Source: Ministeria vibrans ATCC 50519
Taxonomy: Eukaryota > Protista > Filasterea
Direction: 5' to 3'
Length of the DNA: 64,000 nt
Assembly (NCBI GenBank): GCA_943704425.1
Contig: CALSCP010000572.1
Coordinates: 3,766-67,765, forward strand
The notes below the pieces were generated by a model. It saw nothing but the letters and a program-made list of their open reading frames with translations. It ran no database searches and was not told where the DNA came from. Of the stretch, positions 57,720 through 64,000 are shown piece by piece; within the stretch, counting starts at the first letter, position 1, and the number at the start of each line of letters is the position of its first letter. A program made the position numbers and the translations under genes.

Positions 57720-60700
57720 ATGAGTCTTGCTCGGATTTGCGTCTGTGCCTTGCTTTGTGTCTGTCTGGCCCTGCTCGCTACGGTACTAAGCGCGTGGAAG
57801 ACTCCGCTTGAGATTTTTGACCGTGTCGTCTCAACTCCCTTCTATAAATAAACTCTCTCCTTAGACTACCGCTGCGCCCTTGCACGTGGCACAACACACC
57901 TCTCTTGGGGTTGATACCCCTGCCGATGTTGACGTGAGCAACGCGCTTGCCTGCTTTGTCGGCAGCACAACGGGAAATCTGTTTGGAGAGCATCTCGGTG
58001 GTGGCACGGACGCCTTTCTCGAGTGTACGCTGGCAGCGAACGCCTCGCACGCGCTCATGGCAGTGCAACTGGGTACGCCCGGTGTTGATACTCTTGCTGC
58101 CGTTGTGGTGGACGGCGTTTCCTCGGTCGTTTTCGCCGTCGGCACAACCACAAGCGCAAATTTCTCGCAACTCCCTCTCGGCGCCCCTCAAGGCGACAAC
58201 GACGCCGTGTTGCTGGCGTACGCCACTGACTCGTGGACGCCGATACTCTCCGCTGCGTTTGGCACCACCAACGGCTCGGACACGGTGGAAAGCGCTGCGG
58301 GTGAACGCGCGTCTGAAATGGACGCCGTGCATGCCATCCTCGTGGCTGGCAGCACGACGGGCGTCGTGTCAGGCAGCACCAGCGCAGGGGGCTCGGACAT
58401 GCTTGTCGTGCGATTGAACGCAACCACGGGAGTGCAGCTGTGGAGCGCGCAGTTTGGCTCGGCCGAGCACGACAGCGCCACCGCAATCGTTTTCTCTGCC
58501 GCGCACGGGCTGGTGCTCGTGGCAGGCACTACAGAAACCGCAACAACATTCCTTGGGATTTCCTCTCCGCTGCCGGGCAAGGCAATTCCCGTGCTTCTCG
58601 CGCTTCATGTTTCCTCCGGGTCGCTCGCGTACGCCGTTGCCGCGTCAGTCACCGGCACGTCGTTAGTGTTCGCCATTAGCGTCCACGGCCCTGTTGCTGT
58701 TGTTGCAGGTGCCACAGAGGGCACAATAAACAATGCCACAGCTCTGACAAGCTCGACCACCTCAGGATTTGCGTGGGCAGCAAATATCTCCGCCAGCGGC
58801 GTTCACATCCAGTCGAGGCTCGTGGTCCCCGACGGCACCCTTCATTCGGTAATCCACTCCCGCGACGGATCTCGTCTTTATGTAGCGGGCACCACCAACT
58901 CGACGCTAACGACCGCCGTCGGTGGCTGGGATGCGTTTGCCATGGAACTGTCTTCCAATTCAATGTCCATCCTGTGCTCCGAGCAGATGGGCACTCCCCT
59001 TGCCGACTCTGCTGTTGCTGCCGCCATTGTCCCTGCTGCTGCTGCTGCTCCCTCCGGATCCAATAACAACACCGATCAACTGCTTCTATTCGTCTCGACT
59101 GCCGGTAGCTTCTCTGCCAACGCAGAAAACGTCGAAGGTGCGGTCGACCTTGCCATGGTCACGGTCTTCGGCGATCCGTGTGCCGCATCCCCCTGTGCCA
59201 ATGGCGGTGTGTGCGTAGCGGCACCATCGTCGTCGTCGTGTGCCTTTACCTGCAGCTGCCCCGCAAACTTTACCGGTGCTCTGTGCGAGGATGACGTTAA
59301 TGAGGTATACAATAATTATAAAAAAATAATTATTATTATGTCTTTTCCTTTTTCTATCTATAGAGCAGCTTATAATAAGACTGTCTCTTCAGTATCAGTT
59401 CATCTATGGAAAATTAATTATTATTAATACTCTTTGCGCTTAAATAATAATTATTATTAGTGCCTGACGAACCCGGATCCGTGCAGCGGACTGCCGTGCG
59501 CCAACATCATTGGGGGATACCTTTGCGGCTGTGTGGGCACGACGCGTCCCGATGAAATGACCACCATCTACGGCAATGGTGGCCCAAATGTCGACGATGC
59601 ACAGGGTATTGCGGTCGACCAGAGGCGCGGCCGTGTGTTCATGGCTGGATATACAGCGACTGCGGGTGTGTTCAACGCGCCGGGGAACCGCCACGGCTCT
59701 CTCACTCGCTTCCAACCTGGCAACTTCCATCCGCCTGTGTGGACCGTGACCTTTGGAGCTTTAACTTATAGTGCAGCGACGATGCGCCTGGCCGTGGATG
59801 AGTCTACTGGAATTGTGTATGTCCCTGCCACCGCGACCGAGGGTGTTAACGGTGAAGCACGTGTTGGCGGATACGATGGCGTGGTGGTTGCGTTTGATGG
59901 AGACTCGGGAATGACGTTGTGGAGTCGCATGTTGGGCTCCACAGGCCACGATGCGCTAAAAAACGTTGTTTCCGATGGGGCGGGCCGTAGCGTGTTTGCT
60001 GTGGGCATCACCAGTGGCAACCTGCCCGGCTACAGCAACCCTAATGGTGATGACGCCATCATCTTTGCCCTGAACTCTTTTAACGGCTCGACTCTGTGGC
60101 AGTATCAGGCTGAGAGCTCCGAATCCTATTTCTACGCAGCTGCCGTGCACCAGGAAAGCAACCGCCTGTTTGTAGTGGGCAGTGCCAGGTACTCCATTGG
60201 AAATGTGACTCATCCGTCGCCTAACGTACAACATGCGCTGTTGATGGCACTGGATGCCACCACGGGCGAGCTGGTGTACGCATTCATCGCGGATCAGGGG
60301 TGGCTATCCGACGTATCCTTGGACCGTGCGCGCGGGCTTCTGTATTCCACAGGCTTTGCGTCAACCACTGTCTTCCAAGGCGTAACGACGGGCTCCAAAG
60401 GCATCATATGGGCGGTCAATGCAACGTCCGCTGCTACCGAGTGGGTGTATGCTATGCCAGGGAGCTCACAGAGTGTGTTGTACGCTTCGTACGACTCGCT
60501 CGGCGACACACTCTACTTTGCCGTGTCCGACTCCGACATTCTTGGACTCACGAGCATGGGAAACAAGGACGTCAACGTAGGGGTGTTCAACGTGTCCTCG
60601 CGCTCCCTCTCCCATGGTTTCCTCGTGGGCACGCGAAGTATCGATTTGGCCGGACAGATTGCCGTGTTTCCAGCGCTCAAGACCTTTTATGTCCCATTCA

Positions 60701-63700
60701 GTTCCTTTGAGAGCAACTCTTTGGGCATCTACGACCAAGACCTTGCGATGTATGCTGCCGAATTTTGCTCTGCACCCGCCGCTTGTGCTTCTTCCCCGTG
60801 CCTCAATGGCCAGCCATGTGTGAACACTGTGAGCGGATTCCAATGCTCCTGCACCGGCTACTCGGGCGCGTTGTGCGAGACCAACATTGACGAATGTGCC
60901 AACATTAACCCGTGCTTCAACAACTCGGCGTGCACCGACACGCCGGGAAGCTACTCGTGTGCCTGTGATCCGTCGCGGACGGGGAAAAATTGCGAAACCG
61001 ATATTGCATCACTGCCCTCGTCGTGCTCAGAGCTGCTGGCGCGCAACTCGTCGACCCCAAGCGGAACATACGCGTTTCTGGTGCAAGGGGCTCTGGTGGA
61101 GCTCTCTTGTGACATGGACACGCTTGGTGGCGGCTGGACGCTTCTGGCCAGCTCCAACGGCAAGGATGCCTTCCGCCTCGCTGGCGATTCCGCGTACGCG
61201 GGTGACCCGACACAGTATGAGCGCTATATTGTTTCAAAGAGCCTGCGAGCGCACTTTAGCAATTCGAGTGCGACGCAATCGGGCTATTTGGAAACAGCAG
61301 TGCTGTTCATTGCGGGGCGTGCAGCCGGCACCACGCACAAACCGTACATTCACGTCAATCGTCCACCCTTCTCGGAGAGCTTTGCTGACCCCTCGGTGGA
61401 AACGGAGGAGTACCCCGTGCGCATCGCACGAAGCTCGGGAGAGGTGGATGGATACATGGGCTGGAGCAGAACAAGAAACTCGCATGGTGGGGACTTTGGC
61501 ATTTCCCTTGTCCCATTCGACCATCACCGCAACATTTACTATTTACTGAACAACAACTGCATAAACCAGTGCTTTTTCTCGATTGGAAGCTTTTACAGCT
61601 CGCTGCCCGAGGGCATTCCAAATTGTCGCGACACAAAGACAATCTTTCAACTGGCCGTGCGCGAGCCTTGTTTGTTTAACGATGGCTGCGCGTGTACACA
61701 CACCAACTGCTTCAACGGAGGTTCGTGTGTACAATCGATGAGCAACTACACCGAGGGTGGTACGTGCGCTTGCTTGCCTGCGTACACGGGCGCGCAGTGC
61801 GAAACGGAAGTTGACGAGTGTGCTTCCATGCCGTGCACGAACAATGCGACATGTGTAGATGGTGTTGGTCACTTCGTTTGCAACTGCTCGACCGGATACA
61901 CGGGCGTCCACTGCGAGACGAACATTGACGAGTGCGCATCGAGTCCCTGTGGCATTGGTGGCACGTGTACAGAGCAGGGACTGGATTTCTTTACGTGTAC
62001 ATGCTCTGCAGGCTACACGGGCGTACACTGCGAGACGAACATTGACGAGTGCGTTTCCTCACCCTGCAGCAATGGCGCCACGTGTGTCGACGGCGTGGAC
62101 GAGTACACGTGTGTGTGTGCCGGCGGCTACATGGGCTCACTGTGCGAGACGGACATTGATGAGTGTTCGTCTGTGCCGTGTCGCCACGGTGCCACCTGCT
62201 CGAACTTGCCCGGTAGGTTCGAGTGTGCATGTGTAGCGGGGTACACTGGCGTGGCGTGCGAGACGGACATTGACGAGTGTGCGTCGGCGCCATGCGCGTG
62301 GCCTCGCGTGCGCTGTCTGGACCTGCGGGACAAGTACGAGTGTGTGTGTCCCGAAGGGGTTACGGGAGTCAACTGTACGCAGGATCTAGACGAGTGTCAA
62401 TCGTCGCCGTGCCTACGCGGCAGCACGTGCACAAATCTGTTTAACGCATTCAACTGCACGTGTCTGCCAGGCACCGCGGGTGTCCAGTGCCAATCGGACT
62501 GTTTGTCCAGCGACGCCGCGCAGCTCACGGGCTGTGAGAATGTGGGCGGTGGCGTTACCGTCAGCTCGCAGAGTGGTCTCCAGGATCTGACCGTGTTGGG
62601 TGAGCTAGAGGTGATTCGGGGCAGCATCACGATTAGAGACACAAGCTCGTTGAAGAGTGCCGTTGGGTTTAGCGCGTTGCTTGCGGATGTGCCGGGCAAC
62701 CTGGAGATCCGGAACAATGCAGCCCTGAGCACACTTTCGGGTTTGAACGGTTTGCGGAATGTCACGGGCAACGTCGTGATTTCGGGCAACCCTGTGCTGG
62801 AGACGCTCGCGGGTCTGGGTGGCCTGGAGTCTGTGGGCGGCTCCATTGCGATTACGGACTGCGACAATTTGCGCAACCTCACGGGCCTTGGGAGTGTTTC
62901 GGCTGCAGCATCGGGTCTACTGACGGTGACGTTGCGTGGTAACAAGGAACTGTCGTCGCTGGCGGGCTTTGAAGGGGTGGATTTAGCCGGCGGCACACTG
63001 GTGATTGAGAATCTGTCGGCGCTCACGTCGTTGGAGGGCATCACAGAAGCGAACCGTGTCGGCCGGGTGGTGGTGAAGGACAATAGCGCACTGATCGACC
63101 TCTCTGCGCTGCGACACTTGTCCTTGACCGGCACACACCACATTGAGATCACGAACAACACGGCGGTGGAGTCACTCGAGTACGTGAATGGCAACTCGGG
63201 CTCGAATGGTCGCCGGCGTGCCGTGACACCCTGTGTGCTGAGCGACTCGCTCGTGGGCTCTGCGGATCTTGTGATTGTGATCAGCAACAACCCATCGCTG
63301 GCGTCGATTGAATGCGACGTGTCGGGCATCACGGAGGCGCGATCGATCCGCATTACCGGGAACACCGCGCTGCGGACCATCGAAGGCTTCAGTGGTGTCA
63401 CCTCCATTCACGACGTGCTGGAGGTGTCGGGCTCGCCTGTCTTGGTGGACCTCGGTGGCTTTGGCGCTTTGACCACGGGCGACATTCTTGTGCAGGGCAA
63501 CGGTGGAGCGAATGCGACGACACCGCTGGCTCTGACGCTGTTCTCGGCACTGCCGGCCACGTACATCGGCAATATTTCGCTGATTGGGAACCCGTCGCTG
63601 AAGTACGTGCCACTGTCGAGTCTCGTGACGCTGTACGGTACACTCTTGGTACGCACCAACGGTAATTTGGACGACCTGGGCGACGGCAGCACGGCGGTGC

Positions 63701-64000
63701 TGGACACCATCTATGGGTCATTGGTGTTGGAGGGGAACACGGTGCTTAGTGCGCTGACGGGCCTTACAGCTCTTACGCTTGTGACAGGCAATATTGTGGT
63801 GGCCACCAACACGGATCTGTGCACGAGCAACTTCATTGACTTTTCCACCGTCTCCTTGTCTGCCCCAGCGCTGGACGACGAGACGCTGGCGTGTTCGCTG
63901 AGCGAGCTGCGCACGACGCCGACGACGGATGCTACGTCGGCGGCTCGCAACACGGATCTGCTGGTGACAGTGGCGAGCGGCAGCAAGTGGCTGTCGGCGG
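57720..64000 (+). CDS. Large extracellular mosaic protein (3' end outside the window): signal peptide, two SBBP-like beta-propellers, ~11 EGF, fibrinogen-like domain, receptor-L-type repeats; exons 57720-57782, 57865-59304, 59461->64000
   Basis: Hand translation of the open frame from 59461, which is absent from the ORF track because it has no stop. Motifs DDAQGIAVD..VFMAGYT; WSRMLGSTGHD; SCSELL..SGTY..CDMDTLGGGWTL; DECxSxPCxNGxxC repeats; GNLEIRNNAALSTLSGLNGLRNVTGNVVISGNPVL. Confidence 0.88.

Overview
Gene-dense, intron-containing eukaryotic scaffold, probably a unicellular holozoan. This is inferred from spectrin, an adhesion GPCR, EGF-rich surface proteins and short GT-AG introns full of (CA)n/(CT)n. 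About 17 genes lie here: a HELZ-like helicase (3' part), a possible retropepsin-like ORF, a signal-peptide ankyrin+JmjC protein, PIH1D1, EBPL, a TMEM230 fragment in a repeat-rich island, DOLK, alpha-actinin, a giant spectrin, EXOSC9, U2AF1, an EGF/DUF285 surface protein, an adhesion GPCR, RARS2, RCE1, TMA16, and a large propeller/EGF/fibrinogen-like/receptor-L protein that runs off the right end. Highlight 1 is a single ~6,360-aa spectrin. It starts as beta-spectrin (CH1-CH2, repeats 1-2) and ends as alpha-spectrin (terminal repeats, EF hands), with ~50-52 repeats built from a 6-repeat supermotif and no visible SH3, PH or split point. It sits 81 bp downstream of an alpha-actinin gene and resembles the hypothesised unsplit spectrin ancestor. 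The caveat is a 9-N scaffold join inside near-identical repeats. Highlight 2 is an adhesion GPCR whose GAIN/GPS is ~560 aa from the membrane, while a ZU5-like domain with an HF|S motif occupies the juxtamembrane position. All exon structures and family calls were read by eye; no database search was run.
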